The notes under the pieces were generated by a model. That model searched no databases. It was given only the letters and a program-made list of their open reading frames with translations, and was not told the origin of the DNA. Source: Sinorhizobium meliloti (GTDB lineage: Bacteria; Pseudomonadota; Alphaproteobacteria; Rhizobiales; Rhizobiaceae). Taken from it: a stretch of DNA of 32,000 bases. A program made the position numbers and the translations under genes. The first letter of the stretch is position 1, and each line of letters starts with the position of its first letter. Location: assembly GCF_017876815.1 (NCBI RefSeq), contig NZ_JAGIOS010000002.1:1500001-1532000 (forward strand), in the 5' to 3' direction. Shown one piece after another: positions 8,459 through 17,363 of this stretch.

Positions 8459-9355
8459 ATGAAGCTCTCGAAACTGTCAGCACCCACGCTTCTGCTGCTT
8501 CCGGCCTTCATCGTCCTGGCAGTCTTCATCGTGCTGCCGCTCATCTTCTCGCTTTATTCCAGTTTCACGCCGTTCCGTCTGACGAAGCCGGACTCGCTTT
8601 GGGTCTTCATCGGCTTTCGCAACTATGTGAACGTCCTCACCAATGCCGAATTCTGGGTGGCATTCGGCCGGACGGTGCTCCTGCTCACCGTCGCGCTCAA
8701 CGCCGAGATGTTCCTTGGTCTTGGCCTGGCGCTGCTCGTCAACAAGGCGACTTACGGCCAGCGGGCGCTGCGGACCGCGATGATGTTTCCGATGATGTTC
8801 TCGCCCGTACTGGTGGGCTTCCAGTTCAAGTTCCTGTTCAACGACAATATCGGCTTCGTCAACAACGCGCTGCAGTCGCTGGGCCTCACCGACCGTGCGA
8901 TCCCCTGGCTGATCGACGGCAATCTCGCGCTCTTCTCGATCATCGTCGCCGAGGTCTGGTCGTCGACCGCGGTTTTTGCGATCCTCATTCTCGCCGGGCT
9001 GCTTGCCATGCCCAAGGATCCGGTCGAAGCGGCCCATGTCGACGGCTGCACCCCGTGGCAGACCTTCCGTTACGTCACCTGGCCCTATCTGATGCCCTTC
9101 GCCTTTATCGCGATGACGATCCGCTCGCTCGATGTCGCGCGCGCCTACGACATCGTCAAGATCATGACGGATGGCGGACCGGCAAAGCGCACCGAACTGC
9201 TCTGGACGCTTATCGGACGCACCGCCTATGGCGACGCCCGCATGGGGATGGCCAATGCGATGGCCTATGTCGCCATCCTGCTGTCGATCGTCTTCACCGT
9301 CTATTTCTTCCGCAAGCTCGCCGCGGCGCGCCAGCAGATCGGAGCCGAGTGGTAA
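8459..9355 (+). CDS. Sugar ABC transporter permease (MalF/UgpA-like)
   Basis: ATG at 8459. Six predicted hydrophobic spans. EAA loop EAAHVDGCTPWQTFRYVTWPYLMP. Confidence 0.85.
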   Translation: MKLSKLSAPTLLLLPAFIVLAVFIVLPLIFSLYSSFTPFRLTKPDSLWVFIGFRNYVNVLTNAEFWVAFGRTVLLLTVALNAEMFLGLGLALLVNKATYGQRALRTAMMFPMMFSPVLVGFQFKFLFNDNIGFVNNALQSLGLTDRAIPWLIDGNLALFSIIVAEVWSSTAVFAILILAGLLAMPKDPVEAAHVDGCTPWQTFRYVTWPYLMPFAFIAMTIRSLDVARAYDIVKIMTDGGPAKRTELLWTLIGRTAYGDARMGMANAMAYVAILLSIVFTVYFFRKLAAARQQIGAEW

Positions 9356-10221
9356 TGGATACGAACGCGTCTCATCGCCTCAGGCGGCGGTTGCTGAAGG
9401 TCGCGCACCTGGCGGGGCTCTTTCTCGCCATGCTGGTCATCTGCCTGCCGGGCCTCTGGATCGTGCTTTCGTCGCTACGGCCGACGGTCGAGATCATGGC
9501 CAAGCCGCCGGTCTGGATTCCGGAGACCCTCTCGCTCGACGCCTACCGGGCGATGTTCTCGGGCGCAGGCCAGGGCGGCGTGCCGGTCTGGGACTATTTC
9601 CGCAACTCGCTGATCGTATCGGTCACCTCTACCGTCATCGCGCTGGCGATCGGCCTTGCCGGCGGCTATGCCTTTGCGCGCTACCGGTTCAAGGCGAAGT
9701 CGGCGATCTTCCTCGGCTTCATGCTGACGCGCGCGGTGCCGGGCATCGCGCTGTCGCTGCCGCTCTTCATGCTCTATGCCCGCACCGGCATCATCGATAC
9801 GCATTTCTCGCTGATCCTCACCTATGTCGCGCTCAACGTTCCCTTCACGATCTGGCTGATCGACGGATTCTTCCGCCAGGTGCCGAAAGACCTCGCGGAA
9901 GCCGCGCAGATCGACGGCTGCACGCCCTGGCAGGCCTTCTGGCAGGTGGAGTTTCCGCTCGCCGGCCCGGGCATTGCGTCGGCCGGTATCTTCGCTTTCT
10001 TGACCTCCTGGAGCGAATATGCGCTCGCTTCGCAGATTACCCGCTCCGTCAACTCCAAGACCTTGCCCGTGGGGCTCCTCGACTACACCGCCGAATTCAC
10101 CATCGACTGGCGCGGCATGTGCGCGCTTGCGGTCGTCATGATCGTTCCGGCGTTGACCCTCACCTTCATCATTCAGAAGCACCTCGTCTCGGGCCTGACC
10201 TTCGGCGCGGTGAAAGGATAA
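9355..10221 (+). CDS. Sugar ABC transporter permease (MalG/UgpE-like)
   Basis: ATG at 9355 overlaps the previous TAA (TAATG). EAA loop EAAQIDGCTPWQAFWQVEFPLAGP. The first ~250 codons of ORF 8599-10221 overlap the preceding permease out of frame and are spurious. Confidence 0.85.
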   Translation: MDTNASHRLRRRLLKVAHLAGLFLAMLVICLPGLWIVLSSLRPTVEIMAKPPVWIPETLSLDAYRAMFSGAGQGGVPVWDYFRNSLIVSVTSTVIALAIGLAGGYAFARYRFKAKSAIFLGFMLTRAVPGIALSLPLFMLYARTGIIDTHFSLILTYVALNVPFTIWLIDGFFRQVPKDLAEAAQIDGCTPWQAFWQVEFPLAGPGIASAGIFAFLTSWSEYALASQITRSVNSKTLPVGLLDYTAEFTIDWRGMCALAVVMIVPALTLTFIIQKHLVSGLTFGAVKG

Positions 10222-10227
10222 TCGTTC

Positions 10228-11325
10228 ATGGCGCCCGTTACGCTCAAGAAACTCGTCAAGCGCTACGGCGCTCTGGAAGTCGTGCACGGCATCGATCTCG
10301 AAGTGAAGGATCGCGAATTCATCGCGCTCGTCGGACCTTCGGGCTGCGGCAAGTCGACGACGCTGCGCATGATCGCCGGGCTCGAAGAGGTCAGCGGCGG
10401 CGCGATCGAGATCGGCGGGCGGAAGGTCAATGACCTGCCGCCGCGGGCGCGCAACATCTCGATGGTCTTTCAGTCCTATGCACTCTACCCGCATATGACG
10501 GTTGCCGAGAATATGGGCTTCTCGCTGAAAATCGCCGGGCGTCCGGCGGAAGAGATCAAGACGCGCGTTGCCGAGGCAGCGGCGATCCTCGATCTCGGCC
10601 ATCTTCTCGAACGCCGCCCTTCGCAACTGTCGGGCGGCCAGCGCCAGCGCGTCGCCATGGGACGCGCGATCGTCCGCCAACCGGACGTCTTTCTCTTCGA
10701 TGAGCCTCTATCTAATCTCGATGCGAAGCTCAGGACCCAGGTGCGCACCGAGATCAAGAAACTGCACGCGCGTATGCAGGCGACGATGATCTACGTCACT
10801 CACGACCAGGTGGAGGCGATGACGCTCTCCGACCGCATCGTCATCATGCGCGACGGGCATATCGAGCAGGTGGGCACGCCGGAGGATGTCTTCCGCCGCC
10901 CGGCGACCAAGTTCGTCGCCGGCTTCATCGGCTCGCCGCCGATGAACATGGAGGAGGCGGTCCTGACGGGCGGAAAGCTGGCGTTTGCAAGCGGCGCGAC
11001 CCTGCCGCTTCCGCCACGCTTCCGTTCCTCGGTTCGCGAGGGCCAGAAAGTGACCTTCGGGCTCAGGCCGGACGATGTCTATCCTTCTGGGCATGGCCTC
11101 CATGCCGGCGATGCGGATGCCGTCCACGAGATCGAGCTTCCGGTCACGATCACCGAGCCGCTCGGCAACGAAACCCTGGTTTTCACCCAGTTCAACGGGC
11201 GGGATTGGGTCTCGCGCATGCTCAACCCGCGGCCGCTGCGCCCCGGCGAGGCAGTGCCCATGAGCTTCGATCTGTCCCGGGCGCATCTCTTCGACGGCGA
11301 GACCGGAAAGGCTTTGGCAGGCTGA
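10228..11325 (+). CDS. Sugar ABC transporter ATP-binding protein (MalK/UgpC-like)
   Basis: Walker A GPSGCGKST, signature [14 protein letters not shown], Walker B FLFDEPLSNLD, VTHDQ, plus a C-terminal MalK-type regulatory/TOBE-like extension. Confidence 0.9.
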   Translation: MAPVTLKKLVKRYGALEVVHGIDLEVKDREFIALVGPSGCGKSTTLRMIAGLEEVSGGAIEIGGRKVNDLPPRARNISMVFQSYALYPHMTVAENMGFSLKIAGRPAEEIKTRVAEAAAILDLGHLLERRPSQLSGGQRQRVAMGRAIVRQPDVFLFDEPLSNLDAKLRTQVRTEIKKLHARMQATMIYVTHDQVEAMTLSDRIVIMRDGHIEQVGTPEDVFRRPATKFVAGFIGSPPMNMEEAVLTGGKLAFASGATLPLPPRFRSSVREGQKVTFGLRPDDVYPSGHGLHAGDADAVHEIELPVTITEPLGNETLVFTQFNGRDWVSRMLNPRPLRPGEAVPMSFDLSRAHLFDGETGKALAG

Positions 11326-11326
11326 C

Positions 11327-12439
11327 ATGGCAAGGATCGAGAAAATAGAACTGCGGATGGTGGATCTTCCGCCGAAGGTCAAGCGGACCGACGCCATCCA
11401 GAGCTTCGTGAGCCAGGAAACGCCAATCGTCACGATCACGGATGCCGACGGCGCGACCGGCACCGGTTACAGCTACACGATCGGCACCGGCGGATCCTCC
11501 GTCATGCGGCTGCTCTCCGATCATCTGGTGCCAATCCTGCTCGGGGAAGATGCGGACTGTATCGAGGCACTTTGGCACAAGATGGAGTTTGCGACGCATG
11601 CGACAACCATCGGCGCCATCACGGCCTTGGCGCTAGCCGCCGTGGATACCGCGCTATGGGACCTGCGGGCGAAGAAGCAGAAGCTGCCGCTCTGGAAACT
11701 GGCCGGCGGGGCGAAGGAAAGCTGCCCGCTCTACACCACCGAGGGCGGCTGGCTGCATATCGGACAGCAGGCCCTCGTAGACGACGCATTGCAGGCGAAG
11801 GCCAAGGGCTTCTCCGGATCGAAGGTGAAGATCGGCAAGCCGCGCGGGGCGGAGGATTACGACAGGCTCTCAGCCATGCGCGCAGCCCTTGGCGACGGCT
11901 TTGAAATCATGACTGATTGCAATCAGGGCTTCACCGTCGACGAGGCGATCCGCCGCGCCGCCCGGCTCCGCGAGCTCGATCTCGCCTGGATCGAGGAACC
12001 GTTGCCGGCGGACGATCTCGACGGCCACATCCGTCTGACGCGGTCGACGCCGACGCCGATCGCCGTCGGCGAATCCATCTATTCGATCCGCCATTTCCGC
12101 GAATATATGCAGAAGGGCGCCTGCTCGATCGTCCAGGTGGACGTGGCGCGGATCGGCGGCATCACCCCCTGGCTGAAAGTGGCCCATGCGGCGGAAGCCT
12201 TCGACATTCCCGTCTGCCCGCATTTCCTGATGGAACTGCATGTGAGCCTCGTTTGCGCGGTGCCCAATGGGAAGTATGTCGAATACATTCCGCAGCTCGA
12301 CGATCTGACGCAAAAGGGAATGGAGATCCGGGAGGGCAGGGCGATCGCGCCCTCCGATCCCGGCATCGGCATCGCCTGGGACTGGGAAGCGGTCAAGGCG
12401 CGCTCGGTCGTCGAGTTCACCCGCGAGTTCCGCCGGTAG
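11327..12439 (+). CDS. Enolase-superfamily (mandelate racemase subgroup) acid-sugar dehydratase, specificity unknown
   Basis: Starts 1 nt after the ATPase stop. KxK motif (GSKVKIGK), metal ligands in DCNQG / IEEP / GES context, His in CPHF: the MR-subgroup pattern. The sequence is clearly different from the FucD paralogue at 16042. Confidence 0.8.
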   Translation: MARIEKIELRMVDLPPKVKRTDAIQSFVSQETPIVTITDADGATGTGYSYTIGTGGSSVMRLLSDHLVPILLGEDADCIEALWHKMEFATHATTIGAITALALAAVDTALWDLRAKKQKLPLWKLAGGAKESCPLYTTEGGWLHIGQQALVDDALQAKAKGFSGSKVKIGKPRGAEDYDRLSAMRAALGDGFEIMTDCNQGFTVDEAIRRAARLRELDLAWIEEPLPADDLDGHIRLTRSTPTPIAVGESIYSIRHFREYMQKGACSIVQVDVARIGGITPWLKVAHAAEAFDIPVCPHFLMELHVSLVCAVPNGKYVEYIPQLDDLTQKGMEIREGRAIAPSDPGIGIAWDWEAVKARSVVEFTREFRR

Positions 12440-12451
12440 AAGGGGACGGTC

Positions 12452-12781
12452 ATGCAGAGAATGGGAATGGTGATCGGGCTCGAGCCTTCGAAAATTGCTG
12501 AATACAAGCGGCTGCATGCGGCCGTCTGGCCGGAGATCCTGGCGCTGATCAGCGAGTGCAACATCACCAATTATTCGATCTTCCTGAAGGAGCCGGAAAA
12601 TCTACTCTTCGGCTACTGGGAATATGTCGGGGAGGACTTCGAAGCCGACATGGCGAAAATGGCGGCGCATCCGAAGAACCAGGAATGGTGGTCGGTGTGC
12701 ATGCCCTGCCAGATGCCGCTCGAAAGCCGCAGGCAAGGCGAGTGGTGGGCGATGATGGAGGAAGTCTTCCACCATGACTGA
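12452..12781 (+). CDS. L-rhamnose mutarotase (RhaM/YiiL) family protein, probable L-fucose/6-deoxyhexose mutarotase
   Basis: 109 aa. GMVIGLEPSKIAEYKRLHAAVWPEILALI and EWWAMMEEVFH match the RhaM fold signature. AGGGGA lies upstream of the ATG. Confidence 0.8.
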   Translation: MQRMGMVIGLEPSKIAEYKRLHAAVWPEILALISECNITNYSIFLKEPENLLFGYWEYVGEDFEADMAKMAAHPKNQEWWSVCMPCQMPLESRRQGEWWAMMEEVFHHD

Positions 12782-13856
12782 GACATTCGATCCCTCGTCG
12801 CTGCGGCAATGGTGGCCGAAGCCGGTTACGCCACGCCCCATCGTCATCTTCGGTGCGGGCAGCATCGTCGGCGACGCTCATCTTCCCGCCTATAGGAACG
12901 CAGGCTTCCCGGTAGCCGGCATCTTCGATCCGGACGCCGGGAAGGCGACGGCGCTCGCGCAACAGTGGGATGTCAGGGCGTTTACGAGCGAAGGGGAAGC
13001 TCTTTCGGCGGAGAACGCGATCTTCGATCTCGCGACGCCGCCGGCCGCGCACGCCTCGATCCTCTCGAAACTGCCGAAAGGCTCCTTTGCGCTGATCCAG
13101 AAGCCGATGGGCAGCGATCTTGCGGCGGCGACCGGGATTCTCGAAATCTGCCGCGAGCGGAACATCAGGGCGGCGGTGAACTTTCAGCTTCGCTTCGCGC
13201 CGATGATGCTGGCGCTCAGGGATGCCGTCGCCAGGGGCTATCTCGGCGAGGTGGTCGATTTCGATGCCTGGCTGGCGCTTGCCACGCCCTGGGGGCTCTG
13301 GCCGTTCCTGAAGGGGCTGCCGCGCATCGAGATCGCGATGCATTCCATCCACTACCTGGATCTCGTGCGCAGTCTCCTCGGCGATCCGCAGGGTGTTCAC
13401 GCCAAGACCATCGGCCATCCGAACCACGATGTGGCCCAGACCCGCACCGCCGCGATCCTCGATTACGGCGATGCCGTGCGCTGCGTGCTTTCCGTCAATC
13501 ACGACCACGATTTCGGGCGGAGGTTCCAGGCCTGTGAATTCCGCATCTGTGGGACGAGGGGTGCCGCCTATGTCAAACTCGGCGTCAATCTCGACTACCC
13601 GCGTGGCGAGCCGGACGAGCTGTGGATTCGCCCAGCCGGAGGTGCCGACTGGATTCAGGTGCCGCTTGAAGGTTCCTGGTTCCCCGATGCCTTCGCCAAC
13701 CGCATGGCCAATCTGCAACGCCATGCCGGCGGCGAGGATGATGAACTCATAGGGTCCGTCGAGGACGCATGGCGGACCATGGCCCTGGTGGAGGCCGCCT
13801 ATCAATCGAGCGCGCGCCCGGCAACGCCGATCGCTGCGCTTCCATTGGAAAATTAA
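12774..13856 (+). CDS. Gfo/Idh/MocA family NAD(P)-dependent sugar dehydrogenase
   Basis: ATG at 12774 overlaps the mutarotase gene by 8 nt. N-terminal Rossmann segment [19 protein letters not shown] and a size of ~360 aa are typical of the family. Confidence 0.75.
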   Translation: MTETFDPSSLRQWWPKPVTPRPIVIFGAGSIVGDAHLPAYRNAGFPVAGIFDPDAGKATALAQQWDVRAFTSEGEALSAENAIFDLATPPAAHASILSKLPKGSFALIQKPMGSDLAAATGILEICRERNIRAAVNFQLRFAPMMLALRDAVARGYLGEVVDFDAWLALATPWGLWPFLKGLPRIEIAMHSIHYLDLVRSLLGDPQGVHAKTIGHPNHDVAQTRTAAILDYGDAVRCVLSVNHDHDFGRRFQACEFRICGTRGAAYVKLGVNLDYPRGEPDELWIRPAGGADWIQVPLEGSWFPDAFANRMANLQRHAGGEDDELIGSVEDAWRTMALVEAAYQSSARPATPIAALPLEN

Positions 13857-13857
13857 A

Positions 13858-14319
13858 ATGAGCGAGCAGACGATCTATTACGAGGACTACGAACAGGGCC
13901 ATGTGCGGCTGACGAGCGGACGCACGATCACGGAAACGGACTTCGTGGTCCATGCCGGGCACACGGGTGATTTCTTCCCCCATCACATGGACGCGGAGTT
14001 TGCCAAAACGCTCCCCGGCGGTCAGCGCATTGCCCACGGCACGATGATCTTCTCGATCGGTGTCGGGCTCACCGCCTCCTTGATCAACCCGGTCGCCTTC
14101 TCTTACGGTTACGACCGTCTGCGATTCGTCCGCCCTGTCCATATCGGCGATACGATCCGCACCCGCGTCACCATCGCCGCCAAGGAAGACGATCCGAAGC
14201 GCCCGAGGGCCGGCCGGGTCGTCGAGCGGTGCGAGGTCATCAACCAGCGCGGCGAGGTCGTTCTTGCCGCGGATCACATTCTGATCGTCGAACGCAAACC
14301 TGAGGGAACTATCCAATGA
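13858..14319 (+). CDS. MaoC-like (R)-hydratase/dehydratase hot-dog fold protein
   Basis: 153 aa, starting 1 nt after the previous TAA. Segments [21 protein letters not shown] and [13 protein letters not shown] resemble the MaoC hydratase motif region. The stop overlaps the next start (ATGA at 14316-14319). Confidence 0.7.
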   Translation: MSEQTIYYEDYEQGHVRLTSGRTITETDFVVHAGHTGDFFPHHMDAEFAKTLPGGQRIAHGTMIFSIGVGLTASLINPVAFSYGYDRLRFVRPVHIGDTIRTRVTIAAKEDDPKRPRAGRVVERCEVINQRGEVVLAADHILIVERKPEGTIQ

Positions 14320-15050
14320 CAGCGAACCTTGCCGGAAAGGTCGTCCTCGTAACAGCTGCGGCGCAGGGCATAGGACGCGCAACCGCACTTGCCTTCGCCA
14401 AGGCCGGTGCCAAGGTCCATGCGACCGATATCAACGCGGACGCCGTTGGTAGCCTTGAAGGTGAGGCGGGCATCAGCACCCACCGGCTGGACGTCCTCGA
14501 CACCGCTGCGGTCGAAGCGCTGGTCGCGGAGATCGGGGCCGTGGACGTGCTTTTCAACTGCGCCGGTTTCGTCCATGCAGGCTCGGTGCTCACGATGAAG
14601 GACGAGAACCTCGATTTCGCCTTCGATCTGAACGTGAAGTCGATGATCCGCACCATCCGTGCGGTGCTGCCCGGCATGATCGCACGCAAGGACGGGTCGA
14701 TCGTCAATATGGCCTCGGTGGCCTCCAGCATTAAAGGCGTGCCGAACCGCTTCGCCTATGGCGTGACCAAAGCAGCCGTCATCGGGCTGACGAAAGCCGT
14801 TGCGGCGGATTATGTAGGCGACGGCATTCGCTGCAATGCGATCTGCCCGGGAACGGTCGAAAGCCCGTCGCTCGAAAGCCGCATGCGGGCACAGGGAGAC
14901 TACGAAACGGCGCGTGCGGCCTTTATCTCCCGCCAGCCGATGGGCCGCCTCGGCACGCCCGAAGAGATCGCCGACCTTGCCGTCTATCTCGCCGGCGCCA
15001 CCTACACCTCCGGCCAGGCCTACGCCATCGACGGCGGCTGGACCATTTGA
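14316..15050 (+). CDS. Short-chain dehydrogenase/reductase, 2-keto-3-deoxy-L-fuconate 4-dehydrogenase-like
   Basis: TGxxxGIG-type cofactor motif ([11 protein letters not shown]), catalytic Ser (NMASV) and YxxxK (YGVTK). Its position next to the FAH hydrolase and FucD matches the Xanthomonas-type L-fucose pathway. Confidence 0.8.
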   Translation: MTANLAGKVVLVTAAAQGIGRATALAFAKAGAKVHATDINADAVGSLEGEAGISTHRLDVLDTAAVEALVAEIGAVDVLFNCAGFVHAGSVLTMKDENLDFAFDLNVKSMIRTIRAVLPGMIARKDGSIVNMASVASSIKGVPNRFAYGVTKAAVIGLTKAVAADYVGDGIRCNAICPGTVESPSLESRMRAQGDYETARAAFISRQPMGRLGTPEEIADLAVYLAGATYTSGQAYAIDGGWTI

Positions 15051-15072
15051 ACGCTCAATCAGGGAAAAGCAC

Positions 15073-15918
15073 ATGAAACTTCTTCGTTATGGCGACCCGG
15101 GCCAGGAAAAGCCGGGTCTTCTCGGTTCCGACGGCATCATCCGCGATCTTTCCGGCCACGTATCCGATCTCGCCGCCGGGGCGCTCGACCCCAGCAAGCT
15201 TGACGAACTCGCGAATCTCGATGTCGAGACGCTGCCCGCCGTGTCCGGCAATCCGAGGCTTGGTCCCTGCGTCGCAGGTACGGGAAAGTTCATCTGCATC
15301 GGCCTCAACTATTCCGATCACGCCGCCGAGACGGGCGCGACCGTGCCGCCGGAGCCGATCATCTTCATGAAGGCGACCTCCGCGATCGTCGGGCCGAACG
15401 ACGATCTGGTCCTGCCGCGTGGTTCGGAAAAGACCGACTGGGAAGTGGAACTCGGCATCGTGATCGGAAAGACGGCGAAATATGTGAGCGAAGCCGAGGC
15501 ACTCGACTACGTCGCCGGCTATTGCACGGTCCACGATGTCTCCGAACGCGCTTTCCAGACGGAACGTCACGGTCAGTGGACGAAGGGCAAATCCTGCGAC
15601 ACCTTCGGGCCGACCGGACCGTGGCTTGTCACCAAGGACGAGGTGGCGGACCCGCAGGATCTCGCAATGTGGCTGAAGGTCAACGGCGAGACGATGCAGG
15701 ACGGCTCGACCAAGACGATGGTCTACGGCGCCGCCTATCTCGTCTCTTATCTGTCGCAGTTCATGTCGCTGCGCCCCGGTGATATCATCTCGACGGGCAC
15801 GCCGCCGGGCGTCGGCATGGGCATGAAGCCGCCGCGCTATCTGAAGGCCGGCGACGTCGTCGAACTCGGCATAGAGGGCCTCGGCAGCCAGAAGCAGCGC
15901 GTTCGCGCCGACGCCTGA
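15073..15918 (+). CDS. Fumarylacetoacetate hydrolase family protein, 2,4-diketo-3-deoxy-L-fuconate hydrolase-like
   Basis: ATG at 15073 (MKLLRYG...). FAH-family segments GLNYSDHAAE, WEVELGIVIGK, DVSER, ISTGTPPGVG. The upstream part of ORF 14836-15918 overlaps the SDR gene and was trimmed. Confidence 0.85.
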   Translation: MKLLRYGDPGQEKPGLLGSDGIIRDLSGHVSDLAAGALDPSKLDELANLDVETLPAVSGNPRLGPCVAGTGKFICIGLNYSDHAAETGATVPPEPIIFMKATSAIVGPNDDLVLPRGSEKTDWEVELGIVIGKTAKYVSEAEALDYVAGYCTVHDVSERAFQTERHGQWTKGKSCDTFGPTGPWLVTKDEVADPQDLAMWLKVNGETMQDGSTKTMVYGAAYLVSYLSQFMSLRPGDIISTGTPPGVGMGMKPPRYLKAGDVVELGIEGLGSQKQRVRADA

Positions 15919-15993
15919 GCTAATCGAATGTTTCCTTCGGTCCTATTCGACTGAAGGACACGAACAGGCAGCATCAAAGTGCCGCAGTGATCT

Positions 15994-16017
15994 CCGCGCG
16001 CCCGAAAAGGCGCGCGG
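15994..16017 (+). promoter_or_regulatory. Perfect 9-bp GC stem-loop in the spacer before fucD
   Basis: CCGCGCGCC (15994-16002) pairs with GGCGCGCGG (16009-16017), hexaloop cgaaaa. No U-tract follows. Confidence 0.4.
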
Positions 16018-16041
16018 CGCTGCAGGTCTATTGGAGCAAAC

Positions 16042-17319
16042 ATGACCCGCATCACCGACCTTCGCGTCTTCGACCTTCGCTTTCCGACCTCGGCGAGCCT
16101 CGACGGTTCGGACGCCATGAACCCGGATCCGGACTATTCGGCGGCTTACGTCATCCTCGACACGGATCGGCCGGGGCTGGCGGGTCACGGCCTCACCTTC
16201 ACCATAGGGCGCGGCAACGACATATGCTGCATGGCGATCGAGGCCATGCGGCATCTCGTGGTCGGCCAGGACATCAGCAACATTTTGAAGCATCCCGGCC
16301 GCTTCTGGCGGCACCTGACGAGCGACAGCCAGCTGCGCTGGATCGGCCCGGAAAAGGGCGCGATCCATCTTGCGACCGGCGCCATAGTCAACGCCGTCTG
16401 GGACCTCCTCGCAAAGCACGCCGGCAAGCCGGTGTGGCGTCTCGTCGCCGACATGCCGGCGGAAGAGATCGCCGACATCGTCGACTACCGCTACTTGACG
16501 GATGTTCTCACCCGCGACGACGCGGTCGAGATCCTGCGGCGTGCCGAACCCGGCAAGGCCGAGCGGATCGCGACGCTCGAGAAGGAGGGCTACCCCTGCT
16601 ACACGACTTCTGCCGGCTGGCTCGGCTATGACGACGCAAAGCTCCGGCGGCTTGCGCAGGAGGCGGTCGACGCAGGCTTCGATCACATCAAGATGAAGGT
16701 CGGGCGTGACCTCGACGACGATATCCGCCGGCTGAGGATCGCCCGTGAAGTGATCGGCCCCGACAGGTACCTGATGATCGACGCGAACCAGGTCTGGGAA
16801 GTGGGCGAGGCGATCGAATGGGTGCAAAAGCTCGCCTTTGCCAAGCCCTTCTTCATCGAGGAGCCGACGAGCCCGGACGATGTCGCCGGGCACCGAAAGA
16901 TCCGCGAAGCGATCGGACCAGTCAAGGTCGCGACCGGCGAGATGTGCCAGAACCGCATCATGTTCAAGCAGTTCATCGCCGAGGGTGCGATCGATATCGT
17001 GCAGATCGATTCCTGCCGCATGGGCGGACTGAACGAGGTGCTGGCGGTGCTGCTGATCGCCGCCAAATACGGGCTGCCCGTCTGGCCGCACGCCGGCGGC
17101 GTCGGCCTCTGCGAATATGTGCAGCACCTTTCCATGATCGATTACGTTGCCGTTTCCGGCACGAAGGACGGGCGGGTGATCGAATATGTCGACCACCTGC
17201 ACGAACACTTCCTGGACCCGTGCGTGATCCGCAACGCCGCTTACATGCCGCCCGAGCGGCCTGGCTTCTCGATCGAAATGAAGCAACAATCGATCGAGGA
17301 CTACAGGTTTGACGGCTGA
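16042..17319 (+). CDS. fucD: L-fuconate dehydratase (enolase superfamily, MR subgroup)
   Basis: The N-terminus ITDLRVFDLRFPTSASLDGSDAMNPDPDYSAAYVILDTD closely follows what I recall of Xanthomonas campestris FucD. KxK (IKMKVG), DANQVW, IEEPT, GEM. GGAG lies 5 nt upstream of the ATG. Confidence 0.85.
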   Translation: MTRITDLRVFDLRFPTSASLDGSDAMNPDPDYSAAYVILDTDRPGLAGHGLTFTIGRGNDICCMAIEAMRHLVVGQDISNILKHPGRFWRHLTSDSQLRWIGPEKGAIHLATGAIVNAVWDLLAKHAGKPVWRLVADMPAEEIADIVDYRYLTDVLTRDDAVEILRRAEPGKAERIATLEKEGYPCYTTSAGWLGYDDAKLRRLAQEAVDAGFDHIKMKVGRDLDDDIRRLRIAREVIGPDRYLMIDANQVWEVGEAIEWVQKLAFAKPFFIEEPTSPDDVAGHRKIREAIGPVKVATGEMCQNRIMFKQFIAEGAIDIVQIDSCRMGGLNEVLAVLLIAAKYGLPVWPHAGGVGLCEYVQHLSMIDYVAVSGTKDGRVIEYVDHLHEHFLDPCVIRNAAYMPPERPGFSIEMKQQSIEDYRFDG

Positions 17320-17363
17320 TGTGAGCGCTCCGACCTTGTGAGGCTCGTGTGTGGATCCTCGAG

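Noticed and set aside
8599-9354. N-terminal ~250 codons of the 540-aa ORF 8599-10221
   Set aside because: It overlaps the first sugar permease out of frame. The true MalG-like permease starts at ATG 9355 (TAATG junction).
9475-10680. 401-aa minus-strand ORF
   Set aside because: Antisense to the second permease and the ABC ATPase gene. Arg/Asp-rich, no domains.
12564-13805. 413-aa minus-strand ORF
   Set aside because: Antisense to the mutarotase and Gfo/Idh/MocA genes. Arg/Pro/Gly-rich shadow frame.
15943-17289. 448-aa minus-strand ORF
   Set aside because: Antisense to fucD, whose identity is very strong. It has no motifs and is a GC-driven open frame.
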